A DNA stretch of 64,000 nucleotides, taken from NCBI GenBank assembly GCA_047947115.1, contig CP170459.1, forward strand, positions 896,001 to 960,000. The letters are read 5' to 3'. The translations under genes and the position numbers were made by a program. The first letter of the stretch is position 1; each line of letters begins with the position of its first letter. Below are positions 18,413 through 29,275 of the stretch, one piece after another. Source of the stretch: Verrucomicrobiota bacterium (lineage in GTDB: Bacteria > Verrucomicrobiota > Verrucomicrobiia > Limisphaerales > AAA164-E04). Below the pieces are notes generated by a model. The model was given only the letters and a program-made list of their open reading frames with translations, did not search any database and was not told the origin of the DNA.

Positions 18413-19612
18413 TCAGCGCGCCCAACTGGGCTGTGACTGCTCACCGGCGGTTTGACGGACATCCTTGACATGTTTGGTGGGAACGTCAAGCAAAGACAAT
18501 GTTTTCCGGCCGTTTTTCTCACGCATAAAGACCAAATTACGAGAATTGGGAGCCCAGCAGGGATCCTCTCCTGCAAACAACGGTGTTGCCTCGCCTCCAG
18601 ATGATTCCACCACACAAATGGTCCCTCTCCCTCCGATCACGGATGTAAAGGCAATCCATTTGCCATCCGGCGACCAATCCGCTTCGGTAATACTCCCACC
18701 AATCGTTCCGGTGCTGATACGGCGAGCTGTTCCACCTGTGGCGGGTAGGGTGTATAGCCGAACACCACCGCGAGCGGATGAGGTAAAGCATATCGACCGA
18801 CCATCTGCCGACCACGTCGGGCAGGCTTCTTCTTCTAATGATGTTGTCAATCGAACCACTTCCGACCCATCCTTACGGGCCACATAAAGGTCAGGACTGC
18901 CGGCTTTGCTGAGGATCATGGCCAGCTTCTGGCCATCGGGCGAAAGAGCAGCGCTGGTGTTGAGACCGGTGTTGCGGGTGATGCGTGCTCGGTTTCCTGA
19001 CCGCAAATCGTGCGAAACAATGTTGGGACTTCCCAATTTGTAGGAGGTATAGTACAGGCCTAGTTCTCCGGGAATCCAGGTTGGAGCAGCTACATTGGAT
19101 CGGTCATTGGTCACCATACGGGCATTGTGGCCATCAAAATCTGACACAAAAATCTCCCAATGCCCATCCACCTTCCCGCGGAATGCAATGCGCGTGTGTC
19201 CGATGCCATCGGTTCCGAGCACTGCTTTGACCACATCATTCGACAAAGTATGTGCACGATTGCGCTCATCACCTGCATCATAGCCTCGGAAAAACAAGTT
19301 TCGACCACTTCCCGAATCTTTTAGCCGCCCCTCGAGCTTGGCCCGACCGCTGGATCCCAATAACTGGAAGGAGGCCTCAGCGACCGGGACAACCTTAAAT
19401 CCCTGGACCTCGAGGTCATACCGCAGGATGCTGGTAGTCGTGCTGGTAAATCCGCTGAGACTGATGGGGATCTCCTCGCCCTTGCGGGAACGGTCAATGT
19501 GTAAGTCCTGCTGAGCCAAGAGGTCCATCACAAAACAAGCCAGGAGAGTCCAGACGACACCTGCCTGAATGCGGGTTAATAGGGTTGTGCGATTATTGGG
19601 TCGAAAAAACAT
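18413..19612 (-). CDS. tolB: TolB-like beta-propeller (PD40 repeats)
   Basis: AHTLSNDV...TRIAF, SDFDGHN, SPDG/WSPDG/WAPN repeats; tol operon context. Confidence 0.88.
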   Translation of the reverse strand: MFFRPNNRTTLLTRIQAGVVWTLLACFVMDLLAQQDLHIDRSRKGEEIPISLSGFTSTTTSILRYDLEVQGFKVVPVAEASFQLLGSSGRAKLEGRLKDSGSGRNLFFRGYDAGDERNRAHTLSNDVVKAVLGTDGIGHTRIAFRGKVDGHWEIFVSDFDGHNARMVTNDRSNVAAPTWIPGELGLYYTSYKLGSPNIVSHDLRSGNRARITRNTGLNTSAALSPDGQKLAMILSKAGSPDLYVARKDGSEVVRLTTSLEEEACPTWSADGRSICFTSSARGGVRLYTLPATGGTARRISTGTIGGSITEADWSPDGKWIAFTSVIGGRGTICVVESSGGEATPLFAGEDPCWAPNSRNLVFMREKNGRKTLSLLDVPTKHVKDVRQTAGEQSQPSWAR

Positions 19613-19628
19613 GGGCGGAGGTAGGGTA

Positions 19629-20534
19629 TCAGTTAATGTTAAAGTTAATGGTGAAAGTTCGGTCGGATAGCGATGCACCTGCCGGTGGAGCTTCCGGAAT
19701 ATGGGTCACAAGATCCAGCAATCGTTCGATGGATTGGTTCAAGGAAGCCACTCCGGATTCTTTGACAACTTTGGCGGAGACAATCGAACCGTCGGTTCCC
19801 ACCACCACACGGACCTGAACCGTCGCGTTGCGATTGGAAAGGTTCTCCGACTGGGTCCAACGCCGATCATAAGCTGACTGCACCTTCAGCCCATAATTAC
19901 CCAAAGCACTGCCAAACACGGTGGTGACCCCCTTGATCTTACTGCCCTTCCCCACACGCTCGAGCCTGCTTGGGTCAAAATCCGACGCTGGGTTACGTCG
20001 GACGGGTGCAGGCGTCTCATTTTTTTCAGGTGAAGTTTTAACCGGAGCCTTGGTGGTGTTCTTTTTGATGACGGTGCTGATTTTGATGACCGGCTTCTCC
20101 TTTTTCTTGGGCTCCTCCTTTTTCGAAATCGTGTTTTCTTTGGGTAGCTCCTTCTTGGGCACTTTGACAGGCTCCGGTTTGGGTTCCGGCCTGGGCTCGG
20201 GTTTGACCGGCTCCGGTTTCACTGGTTCGGGAATGACGACCGGGGCAGGATCGGGCTCGGCTTGCTTGATGGGTTCGGGTTCTGGCTGAGGCTGTTCAAC
20301 CTCGGGAGGAGTTTGAACGGGTTCCACAACGGGTTCGGGTTGTGGTTCTCCTTGAACATCAGCCGGGTCATCGAACAGAGATTCGATAACAGATGCAGGC
20401 ATCATGTGGAATGGTTCCATGTCCTGCTTGACGAGCTTTTTCGGAAGGAATCCCGCGCCAAATATAACCGCCGCCAGCAGGATCAGGTGGAGCCCCGCTG
20501 AAGCAAAAAAACACTGTTTGCTGAGTCGACTCAT
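19629..20534 (-). CDS. TolA/TonB-family energy transducer
   Basis: N-terminal TM with S-xxx-H, EP/KP-rich linker and TonB-C-like domain; lies between tolR and tolB. Confidence 0.85.
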   Translation of the reverse strand: MSRLSKQCFFASAGLHLILLAAVIFGAGFLPKKLVKQDMEPFHMMPASVIESLFDDPADVQGEPQPEPVVEPVQTPPEVEQPQPEPEPIKQAEPDPAPVVIPEPVKPEPVKPEPRPEPKPEPVKVPKKELPKENTISKKEEPKKKEKPVIKISTVIKKNTTKAPVKTSPEKNETPAPVRRNPASDFDPSRLERVGKGSKIKGVTTVFGSALGNYGLKVQSAYDRRWTQSENLSNRNATVQVRVVVGTDGSIVSAKVVKESGVASLNQSIERLLDLVTHIPEAPPAGASLSDRTFTINFNIN

Positions 20535-20537
20535 GAG

Positions 20538-20951
20538 TTACTGGCTCAATTCGTTTCTGAAATAAATGTTATGCAATCCCAGTCCTTTGGCTTTGTCGAG
20601 CACCTTGTAAATATGCTCCCAAGCCGCTTTCATATCGCCACGAATGACAAGCACCAAGTTGGGGTTTTCACCAAAGGACCGAGCCAAATCCGCCTGGAGG
20701 GCATCCATGGAAACAGGCTGGGTTTCTATGTAGTAATTGCCTGACGGATCCACCTCCACCGTCTTGAGATCACGCTTTTCGGGCGCATGATCGGCGACCT
20801 GCCCTTTGGGGAGCTGCAACTGGAGTCCCTGCTCCATCAACGGAGTCGTGATCATGAAAATGATCAACAAAACGAACGCAAGGTCAAGCAGCGGCGTGAT
20901 ATTGATGTCGCTAAGCGTGACGAGTGCTGTTTTCTGTGTGTAGCGTCGCAT
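20538..20951 (-). CDS. tolR: ExbD/TolR biopolymer transport protein
   Basis: DINITPLLDLAFVLLIIFMIT; IRGD. Confidence 0.88.
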   Translation of the reverse strand: MRRYTQKTALVTLSDINITPLLDLAFVLLIIFMITTPLMEQGLQLQLPKGQVADHAPEKRDLKTVEVDPSGNYYIETQPVSMDALQADLARSFGENPNLVLVIRGDMKAAWEHIYKVLDKAKGLGLHNIYFRNELSQ

Positions 20952-20977
20952 AGGTTTCGATGATTAAAGGCCCTCCG

Positions 20978-21277
20978 TTAAAACAAGGTGAACACAAAAT
21001 ACAAAAAGGCCAGCAAGATGAGGTAAAAGATCAACTGAGGCGCTTTACGCCATAATTTCTGAAGCCGTGTTTCTTTGGAGACATCCCGGAGATGATGGTT
21101 ATTTTCGCCACACGACGGACACAGGTCCAGGAAACGGGCGAATTTCTGCCGGCACTTCCGGCAAATAAGATACAAATGACCACCGCAGGATCGGCATTTA
21201 TTGCGACTCGCTTCGTTATGGGCCCTGCATTTGCCGCATTGCACCCGTCCTATGTTGCTGTTTCCTGCCATTGTCAT
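20978..21277 (-). CDS. Double zinc-ribbon protein with C-terminal TM helix
   Basis: Four CxxC motifs (CGKC, CRSC, CRKC, CPSC) and hydrophobic tail LIFYLILLAFLYFVFTLF; fills the tolQ-tolR gap. Confidence 0.75.
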   Translation of the reverse strand: MTMAGNSNIGRVQCGKCRAHNEASRNKCRSCGGHLYLICRKCRQKFARFLDLCPSCGENNHHLRDVSKETRLQKLWRKAPQLIFYLILLAFLYFVFTLF

Positions 21278-21289
21278 TGATACCAGTTC

Positions 21290-22006
21290 TCATTCGTCAG
21301 GGATGTATTCTGTCTCCATTTTTGATGCGAGTTCCTGGGCGAAATTGTCCATTTCCACGCTGAGCACCCTGATATTATGGACCAACCAGTTGTAACCGAA
21401 CATCGACGGAATCGCCACCAGCAGGCCGGCAACCGTTGTGACCAAAGCACCCGCCACACCGGGCGCAATGGTGGTCAACTGCGCATTTTGTTGACTTGCC
21501 ACACTAGCGAACACGCTCATCACTCCCCAAACCGTCCCCAGCAAGCCAAGAAAAGGAGCGCCGCTCACCGCAATCGCCAACAAAATCAAACCCGACTCCA
21601 ATCGAAGCGATTCCTGAGCCACTCCCCGTTCCAGGGCGCGCTTGACGTGTTCCATGGATTTGAGAGAGATCATATCTTCGTCTTTCCCTCCCTTTTCTTT
21701 ATGATGTCGCTGACAATCCGACAATTCTCGGTTCCCCATGGCATAGATCGTATACAGCGGGCATCCATCAACCTGGATGTTTCGCTTGAAAATATCCATC
21801 AGGCTCTTTTGCTGCCTGAACTCCTGGTCAAACAGACTATTCAGCTTTCTGGCACGACGGATCTGCATCGATTTGGCCGTCATGACAGACCAGGCGAAAA
21901 TAGAAAACAGAACGAGCACGATGATGATCGCCTTGCCCTCCGGGCGCGCCTCGCTCCATACATACAGGAATTCTACCTGCCCTTCTGCCAATAGGATTGG
22001 AATCAT
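21290..22006 (-). CDS. tolQ: MotA/TolQ/ExbB proton channel
   Basis: APFLGLLGTVWGVM, IAPGVAGALVTTVAGLLVAIPS. Confidence 0.9.
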   Translation of the reverse strand: MIPILLAEGQVEFLYVWSEARPEGKAIIIVLVLFSIFAWSVMTAKSMQIRRARKLNSLFDQEFRQQKSLMDIFKRNIQVDGCPLYTIYAMGNRELSDCQRHHKEKGGKDEDMISLKSMEHVKRALERGVAQESLRLESGLILLAIAVSGAPFLGLLGTVWGVMSVFASVASQQNAQLTTIAPGVAGALVTTVAGLLVAIPSMFGYNWLVHNIRVLSVEMDNFAQELASKMETEYIPDE

Positions 22007-22197
22007 TTGTAAGCCGTTGAAAAACCGGATCTGTTCAAAGAAAACAACCTAACACATGTTGAGTCTCGTTTCAAAAAATTTGGTGAGAATCATTAACACC
22101 GACGAGCTAGGGTTCACTGACATTCAGGTTTATTTGATTGATCTTCGTACAAAGGACGGCAATAAATCGGATATCTCAAACGCAACCACCCCGAAAA

Positions 22198-23061
22198 ATG
22201 AAACCGATCCAAGCCTCGCCGTCCCCTCGAATCCCGGTATCACAACAATGGATACTGATAGTTTTCATCACCGTTCTACACACGATCATGCCAGACAAAT
22301 TGAACGCCGGAACGCCTTCAATCGTTGCCCATAGAGGGGCGTCGCACGCCGCCCCGGAAAATACACTGCCTTCCGTATTACTCGCCTGGGAAGAAAACGC
22401 CGACGCGACGGAAGTGGACATCCACCTCACTAAAGACAATCAAGTCATTGTCTTGCATGACAAAACCACCGGTCGAACGGCAGGAACGGATCTGAAAGTT
22501 GCCGAAGTTTCCTATGAAGATCTGAAATCACTGGATGCAGGAACCTGGAAATCCAAGGAATATCAGGGCACGCCGATCCCCCTGCTCAAGGACATCCTGG
22601 CACATATCCCCCAGGGCAAACGCATCTTCATCGAAATCAAATGCCCCAGCGATGTGCTGCCACATCTGGAAAAGGCAGTACGTGACTCCGGCCTCTCATC
22701 CGAACAGACGGTGTTTATTGCATTTGACTGGGACACGATTCGTCTGACCAAGGAACGTTTTCCGAATTGCTCATGTTTCTGGCTGTCGGGATTCAAAAAG
22801 GACAAACAGACAGGCGATTGGGATCCGAGTCCAGACCACGTGCTTCAACGAGCGTTGGACGCCAAAGTGGATGGAGTGGATGTTCACCACGGCGGACCGG
22901 TGGATCGTCACTTTGTTGAATCGGCCAAATCCAAAGGGCTCGAGGTGCATGTCTATACCGTCAATGATCCGGTGGATGGCAAGCGGATGCTGGAAGCGGG
23001 AGTGGACGGCATCACGACCGACAAGCCCGCCTTCATGAAAAAGACTTTGGGATTGGAATAG
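22198..23061 (+). CDS. Glycerophosphodiester phosphodiesterase
   Basis: AHRGAS..APENT, EVDIHLTKD, HD, IEIK, YTVND, GITTDKP. Start uncertain. Confidence 0.9.
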   Translation: MKPIQASPSPRIPVSQQWILIVFITVLHTIMPDKLNAGTPSIVAHRGASHAAPENTLPSVLLAWEENADATEVDIHLTKDNQVIVLHDKTTGRTAGTDLKVAEVSYEDLKSLDAGTWKSKEYQGTPIPLLKDILAHIPQGKRIFIEIKCPSDVLPHLEKAVRDSGLSSEQTVFIAFDWDTIRLTKERFPNCSCFWLSGFKKDKQTGDWDPSPDHVLQRALDAKVDGVDVHHGGPVDRHFVESAKSKGLEVHVYTVNDPVDGKRMLEAGVDGITTDKPAFMKKTLGLE

Positions 23062-23086
23062 CCCAATTGAACTGAGCTGGGTGTTG

Positions 23087-23875
23087 TTAATCAAGGGCGG
23101 GTGCGATTCGCACAGGAATGCCTTTGGCGTCGAGGAAAGTCTTTACTTCACCCACAGTATATTCACCAAAGTGGAAGATACTGGCGGCAAGCACCGCGTC
23201 GGCTTTGCCTTGCTCAAGCACTTCGGCCATATGCTCCAGATTTCCCGCCCCACCACTGGCGACGATAGGAACTGAAGTCGATTCACTGATCTTGCGAGTG
23301 ATCGCCAAATCGTAGCCTGCTTTGGTGCCATCGGCGTCGATGCTGTTCAAGACAATTTCCCCTGCCCCGAGTTCCACGGCTCGACAGGCCCATTCGACAG
23401 CATCCAAGCCGGTGTTTTTACGACCGCCATGGGAGAAGACATCCCACCGGTCCTCACCCACTTTCTTGGCGTCGATGGAAACCACAATGCATTGACTTCC
23501 AAATTTCTGAGCGCCTTGACCGATCAGTTCGGGGTTTGAGATGGCGGCGGAATTGATACTGACTTTGTCAGCCCCCGCTTTCAACATCACCGACATGTCT
23601 TCCAGAGTGCGAATCCCTCCCCCAACAGTCAGAGGCATGAAGCAGCAATCGGCAGCACGTTCAATCACATCCACCATGGATGCACGGGCATGGGCGCTGG
23701 CGGTAATGTCGAAGAACACCATTTCATCAGCGCCCTGGTCATTATAGCGGAGCGCCAACTCGACCGGGTCCCCCACGTTACGCAGTTCACCCGCTTCCGC
23801 GCGGCCAAACTGCACCCCACGGGTCACTTTACCATCATGCACATCCAGGCATGGAATCACGCGTCTTGCCAACAT
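23087..23875 (-). CDS. hisF: Imidazole glycerol phosphate synthase cyclase subunit
   Basis: [50 protein letters not shown]. Confidence 0.97.
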   Translation of the reverse strand: MLARRVIPCLDVHDGKVTRGVQFGRAEAGELRNVGDPVELALRYNDQGADEMVFFDITASAHARASMVDVIERAADCCFMPLTVGGGIRTLEDMSVMLKAGADKVSINSAAISNPELIGQGAQKFGSQCIVVSIDAKKVGEDRWDVFSHGGRKNTGLDAVEWACRAVELGAGEIVLNSIDADGTKAGYDLAITRKISESTSVPIVASGGAGNLEHMAEVLEQGKADAVLAASIFHFGEYTVGEVKTFLDAKGIPVRIAPALD

Positions 23876-23972
23876 GCACTCGAGATAACCGAACCGCCCG
23901 TGCTTTCACAGCCTAAAAACAAATAACGATGCAAAAGATGAACGAACCCGGTCTTATCAAAGTCCGATGATT

Positions 23973-26900
23973 TCAATTGGAAAGCTTGCGCACAGCAACG
24001 CGTGAAGCCGCGATCATTGCCGGCATCCAGAGGACCTTGGCGGAATCGAATGGCGGACCGGCTGCTTCGAGCATCAAATAAATAGCTGCCGCCACGCAGA
24101 ATACGTTCCATCCCACTGACCGGACCCTCTGGATCCGTCACATTGCCACCTGGATACTGATCGGCATACCAATCAGCACACCATTCCCAGACATTGCCGC
24201 TCATATCGTGAAGGCCCCAGGCATTAGGAAGTTTCTGGGCGACCCGTTGGGTGGTGCCTGCGCTGTTAAGGCTGTACCAGGCATAGTTGGGCAATGTCTC
24301 ATATGAGAGATCCTCACAGTAATAGAAGGGAGTGCCCGGTTCCCGGGATGGCAAGGCGCGACAGGCGTATTCCCACTGCGCCTCGGTCGGCAACGCGCAC
24401 TCATATCCATCAAGAAGCAACCCCTGCTCCCGGGCCTTGGCCGTCAGCCATTCGCAGTATGAGACAGCTGCCTGCCAATTGATCCGCACCATCGGCTGAC
24501 GCCCGTCTGATCCCAAGGCATTGCCCCTGAGACTAAACTGCGCATCGTTATTGATCGGGCAATCCGCCGCCGAAAAGTTCACACCCAGCTTGTCGCCAAC
24601 CGCCATCAGGTACTGGCGAAACTGGTCGATGGTGACTTCAGTTTGCCCTAACCAGAAAGCATCGCTGATCGTTACCGTGGTCAAAGGCGCCTCATTGGTG
24701 GACCGATCCAATTCAATGCTAGGGCTGCCCATGACAAAGGTTCCTTCGGGAATGGGCAATAAGGTCATGCTCAAGTCGGATAGAAAAATGGGGTTGCCAG
24801 GCTGAACAGGTTCCGGATCGGTGTTTGGATCAACGGTAAACTTGACTACATTAAATCGCCAAACGGCTCCCTCGCGGGAAGCATCGTTATTGTGTGCGAC
24901 AATTTTCCAATACCAGGCGCCCTCGGACAATTGAACATTCACATTCCATTGCGATTTGGTCACCCCGGACGCCACCAAGGCGGTCGGATCGGGGTTGTCC
25001 TTGTCCAGGAAGACATCATAGCCCGTGCTTGGAGCGGAATCCGTCCATTCAAATTGTTCAGGCACATCGGTGGTAAAGAAAGCGTTGTTATTTCCCGGTG
25101 ATACATTCGCGAATGCGCCGGGGTTTTTTGTCCGGATGTTCAGGCCGTTTTCGGTCCAGTCCGTACTACCGGTGGCATACCAATCATCCAGAAGTGTTTC
25201 GACCATCATCGCATCACTATATGCCCCCACCGATGCGAAGGTTTGATTCCATTCTAGGGTCAAAGTTTCTCCCGCAGGAATGGTGGCTGTGGCCGCTTGA
25301 AACGCGGGGACTTCCGGGCCATTCAGCGGATTCCTTGCATAGACATAGGAGATCCTCACCTCCCTGGCCTGGTCGGAAGGGTTCTTGACCTGGGAGCGAA
25401 CGATGAAAGGATCCTGCTGTTCAAGTTCCACTGCAAGCAACCCATCTGCAGGATCAATCAATGAATAACCCAAAACATAAGGCTGATTCCTGCGAACCGA
25501 CCAATCGTTGTTGCCCGATTCAATGATACCGTAATCTCCGCCCAAAGTTCGGAAACCTCCCAACGATTTCCGCGACGATGGAACACCCTCACATCATGGT
25601 CTCCAGGGAACAAATTAGGCACTTCCACCGTAGAACTTTGTGCCTGATACGTCTGCCCCGAAACCAGCCAAGTTGAATTGTTCACGTTGCTGAGGGAGCC
25701 GTCATCCAGCCGCAACCGACCGATAAAATGAGCATCCGGCAATTCGAATATCGGTTGCCTGCTGACGAGTGCACGGTAAAACTGCAAAGGAAATGCCTGT
25801 CTGTCGCCTGCCAGCACATTGGTCAATCTGAAAGAGGAATTCTGTACGGTGAACGGTCCCTTGATTGCAGGATCTGCAAAGGTCAACTCATTATCCTGTT
25901 GCACATATAAGGTCGTCCCGGCCACCAGGTTTTGAACCAGAAGATCGTCCCCAACCACCTCCAGGCGAGGCTCGGGCAAAGTGGCTTCTGCCGGCTCGCC
26001 AATCCGCCACAGGATCACCCTGCCCGATGTATCCGCGCTAAGCAGCCGACTTCCATCCAGACTAATGATGGGAGACTGATGCCCTTCAGCCACACGCACA
26101 TCCGTTGCGTTTTCCCGGGTGCGGATGGTGACATTCCGGTCAGCACCGGCGGTGGCATACCAATCAGTTCCAGGAATCCATTCCAGATCCCATGCCCCTT
26201 TCAAGCGGGAGTCAATCTGGTACACAGGCGAGGGACTGCTAATGTTGTGCAGAAAGACCTCTCCGAAATCATTGATGACAGCAAAATGGGTGTCATCCGG
26301 CGCAAAATCCAATCCCTCGACGCTTCTGGTTTGGGCAAATCCCCCCAATAGTGCCCCATTGGTGGCATTCCATAAAAAAGTGATGTTGCCGTTTCCGGTC
26401 AATAATTTGTCCCGCCCATGAGAAAACCGGACATCAGATGGCGGTGTGACCCCGCCTGTGAAACTGATTTCCTCAAGGCTGTTCTCCATATTCCAGATAA
26501 CCACCTTATGATCTGCGCTCACACTGGCCAACCTGAGACCGTCATCGGAGAAATCCAGACTATTGATGACATCCTTTTGCTCGGTGAACTTGCCGAGCGA
26601 AAAGTCCGCAACCCCGGACCATAACCAAACATCATGATCATCGTCGGCAACGGCCATCCATGCGCCGTCCGGGGTAAAAACACCAAACGTATAGGTGACG
26701 CCGGCTTCGCCGAAGGTTCGGATGCGTTCGCCGGTTGCCGCATCCCAATGAATGACAAATCCATCACCAAACGTGATGAACGACCTGCCATCAGGCGCCA
26801 GCGCAGCCCCTTGAATATTTCCAGTATCCCACTGTTGAAGGATTACGGGAGTAGGGATTTCGTCGGCGGTTTCTTGCGAAAGGCATTTCAAGGAAGCCAT

Positions 26901-26975
26901 GTTGAAGGTGAGCAGAAATAGCGCGGAGTACCAAAGAGCAATCTTCGGAACCAATGAATTCCAGTTCTTGTGCAT
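23973..26975 (-). pseudogene. Secreted WD40 + beta-sandwich + FGE-sulfatase (SUMF1) protein carrying two frameshifts (decay or assembly error)
   Basis: WD40 ORF 25458-27086 overlaps FGE ORF 23857-25563 (LPTEAQWEYACRA, NAWGLHDMSGNVWEW, RGGSY). Removing one base at 24003 restores the terminal GFRVAVRKLSN* with stop at 23973. Confidence 0.7.
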
Positions 26976-27181
26976 GTCAGTTGGATAGGTTGATGCAGAC
27001 TTGCTTGTTCCGGATACCTCCTGTTTTTTCCGGTAGAATCCTGCGATCCTTGCTACTGATTTAGTGCCAAGTCCTGCTTCGGTCAAGCAACTGTTGGGTC
27101 TTTAGTTGGAGGTAAAGTCATCCCTGAACCTGAAATCCAAAGCCCGTTTCGCTCCCATACATACCTGACCCTGAGTGCATA

Positions 27182-27215
27182 AAACAAAAAAGCCCATGCA
27201 CGCGGCATGGGCTTT
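27182..27215 (-). terminator. Rho-independent terminator after the cytochrome c gene
   Basis: aaagcccatgc-acgcg-gcatgggcttt followed by a T-run on the minus strand. Confidence 0.8.
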
Positions 27216-27232
27216 AAGGAGAAAGGAAAAAA

Positions 27233-27661
27233 TCAGTGCTTGGGTTTGTGCTCGGAATGGCATGCTTTGCAGGAAGCGCCAAGCTTCTTGAAACCGGCCA
27301 ATGCTCCTTCAATATCCTTCTTTTCGATGGCAGCCGCAGCCGCGGCGCTGCCTTCGCGCAGATCTTTGGTGCAAGCGTCAGCCCAAATGCTGTCAGGGCA
27401 ACGACCATCTTCCATCATGGTGTAGCTGGATTCGTTCAAAAGAGCGGCACTCAATGCGAGCTTCTTCCAATCTTCATCGGAAGAAGGCTTGGAATCCACC
27501 AAACCCTTTTTGAGTTCACCCATATGAGGTTTGACGATGGCCTCCATCAACTGTTCGGTAGTTAACGGACGGGTTTTCCCCTTCTTCACCTGAGCCAACC
27601 CCGTGTTCAATGCGCCAATTGCGAGTCCGGCCACAAGAATGGCAGGCAGAATACGTTTCAT
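27233..27661 (-). CDS. Class II (c'/c556-like) cytochrome c
   Basis: Signal peptide, helical Ala/Lys-rich body, C-terminal CKACH. Confidence 0.85.
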   Translation of the reverse strand: MKRILPAILVAGLAIGALNTGLAQVKKGKTRPLTTEQLMEAIVKPHMGELKKGLVDSKPSSDEDWKKLALSAALLNESSYTMMEDGRCPDSIWADACTKDLREGSAAAAAAIEKKDIEGALAGFKKLGASCKACHSEHKPKH

Positions 27662-27856
27662 GGAAATCATCATGTTATGTAAGATATTTCGAATTATTGG
27701 CCAAGAGGATGTTATTTTCCAGTCACCAGAAATCAAACTTTCTTTTTTCTAAAAAAACTGCTGCACCCATTCTTCAAAACAACCCTTTCTCATTCGTTCA
27801 TTCCCGGCAATGTAACTCCAAAGCGGATGTTTACTTCAGGGCTGGAACACTTGACT

Positions 27857-27906
27857 CCACAACATTTGGTATGATAGTTTTTTTGGTATACATTTACATG
27901 TGGTGA
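27857..27906 (+). promoter_or_regulatory. Putative tandem NrdR boxes upstream of nrdR
   Basis: ccacaacatttggtat (27857-72) and catttacatgtggtga (27891-906) resemble the acaCwAtATaTwGtgt consensus; TTGACT at 27851. Confidence 0.5.
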
Positions 27907-27909
27907 CGA

Positions 27910-28365
27910 ATGAAATGCCCTAAATGCAGTTGCATCGATGACAAGGTGGTCGATTCCCGTTCTTCCAAAGAAGGAGCGGTCATCCGTCGCCGCCGTGAAT
28001 GCCTGGAATGTGGGCATCGATTTACCACTTATGAAGAGATCGAACGGGAAATGTTGATGGTTATCAAACGCGATGGCCGCCGGGAACTCTTTTGTAAGGA
28101 AAAACTTGGAGCAGGATTACACCGTGCCTGCGAAAAGCGTCCTGTCAGCCAGCAAGTCGTGCATGAATTGATTGACCGCATCTACAACAGCGTATTGGAC
28201 GAATATGAACGAGAAGTCCCCAGCATGATCATCGGAGAACGGGTCATGAACGGACTTCGGGTGGTTGACGAAGTTGCGTATGTGCGGTTCGCGAGCGTTT
28301 ACCGTCGTTTCACGGATGCGACCGAATTTGTTCAGGAAGTCAGAAAACTGGAAACAACCATATGA
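27910..28365 (+). CDS. nrdR: Transcriptional repressor NrdR
   Basis: MKCPKC, VVDSR, IRRRRECLECGHRFTTYE, ATP-cone, VAYVRFASVY. Confidence 0.97.
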   Translation: MKCPKCSCIDDKVVDSRSSKEGAVIRRRRECLECGHRFTTYEEIEREMLMVIKRDGRRELFCKEKLGAGLHRACEKRPVSQQVVHELIDRIYNSVLDEYEREVPSMIIGERVMNGLRVVDEVAYVRFASVYRRFTDATEFVQEVRKLETTI

Positions 28366-28922
28366 TTCAGCTTAACCCAGATTGTGTGATGGTGGAACTA
28401 GAGAACGGCAAGGCGTTGCCCTGTTCCGTCGAGCTTCTGACCGTTGAAATGCTTGGTGAGAAAGCTTCCTGGATGGACCCCGAAATCCTGCAGAACATCT
28501 GCGAAGCGGTCATGCTTTACCTGAGAGACGAATTAGGGAAGGGAAGTGTCCCGTTCCATGAATTTGCCCAGGTCTTGGAAGATGTGTTGCGAGGGTTTGG
28601 ATTTGAGGTCTGTGTTCCTAAAAAATCCCATCCCTCCCTGCCTGTCAGAAAAACAGATCTTGCCGACTGGTTGGGAAGGCAGGAACTGGGATTTGATCTC
28701 ATGCTTTTCCAACGATTGCGTGAAGAACTCACCGAACGGTTATTGGAAGAACCAGCTGGAGTTCTTTGGATTCATGGCACGCACAACTGCGTGAAGGCAC
28801 ACCTGGGTGCCCGACGTTGGAGCCGCAAATGCCAACAATTGAACGACCAATTGGTGGCCTTTATTCGGGAATGCTTCGACCGTGAAGCCAATGCAGGATC
28901 CTCGCTCATCGTCCACGCTTGA
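28362..28922 (+). CDS. Hypothetical protein translationally coupled to nrdR
   Basis: 186-aa ORF with ATGA overlap on the nrdR stop. Confidence 0.75.
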   Translation: MIQLNPDCVMVELENGKALPCSVELLTVEMLGEKASWMDPEILQNICEAVMLYLRDELGKGSVPFHEFAQVLEDVLRGFGFEVCVPKKSHPSLPVRKTDLADWLGRQELGFDLMLFQRLREELTERLLEEPAGVLWIHGTHNCVKAHLGARRWSRKCQQLNDQLVAFIRECFDREANAGSSLIVHA

Positions 28923-28932
28923 GGAACACATC

Positions 28933-29274
28933 ATGAGCACCACGCTGTTTGAAAAAATCATTGCCCGTGAAATACCCGCAGACATTGTCTTCGAAGATGA
29001 TTCGGTGCTGGCCTTTCGCGACATCAACCCACAGGCCCCCACTCATGTCCTGATCATTCCGAAAAAAGTCATCCCGAGAGTTGGCGAAGCTCAGGAGGAA
29101 GATCAGTTGCTTCTGGGTTACCTCCTCCTGAAGGCGGGAGAGGTCGCCCGAAAACTCAACCTTGAAAACGGATTTCGACTGGTTATCAACAATGGCAGAG
29201 ATGGTGGAGAAACCGTGCCCCACCTCCATTGCCATCTTCTGGGGGGACGCCCTCTGGAATGGCCCCCGGGTTGA
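28933..29274 (+). CDS. Histidine triad (HinT-like) nucleotide-binding protein
   Basis: TLFEKII..EIP, DINPQAPTHVLIIPK, VPHLHCHLLGG; GAGGA RBS. Confidence 0.93.
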   Translation: MSTTLFEKIIAREIPADIVFEDDSVLAFRDINPQAPTHVLIIPKKVIPRVGEAQEEDQLLLGYLLLKAGEVARKLNLENGFRLVINNGRDGGETVPHLHCHLLGGRPLEWPPG

Positions 29275-29275
29275 A

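Noticed and set aside
20090..20350. Repetitive ggttcggg/ggctccgg DNA
   Set aside because: It only encodes the EP/KP-rich linker of TolA/TonB; not an independent repeat or CRISPR.
23973..24120. FGE-sulfatase C-terminus as a diversity-generating retroelement variable region
   Set aside because: No reverse transcriptase and no second (template) copy of this segment is visible in the window.
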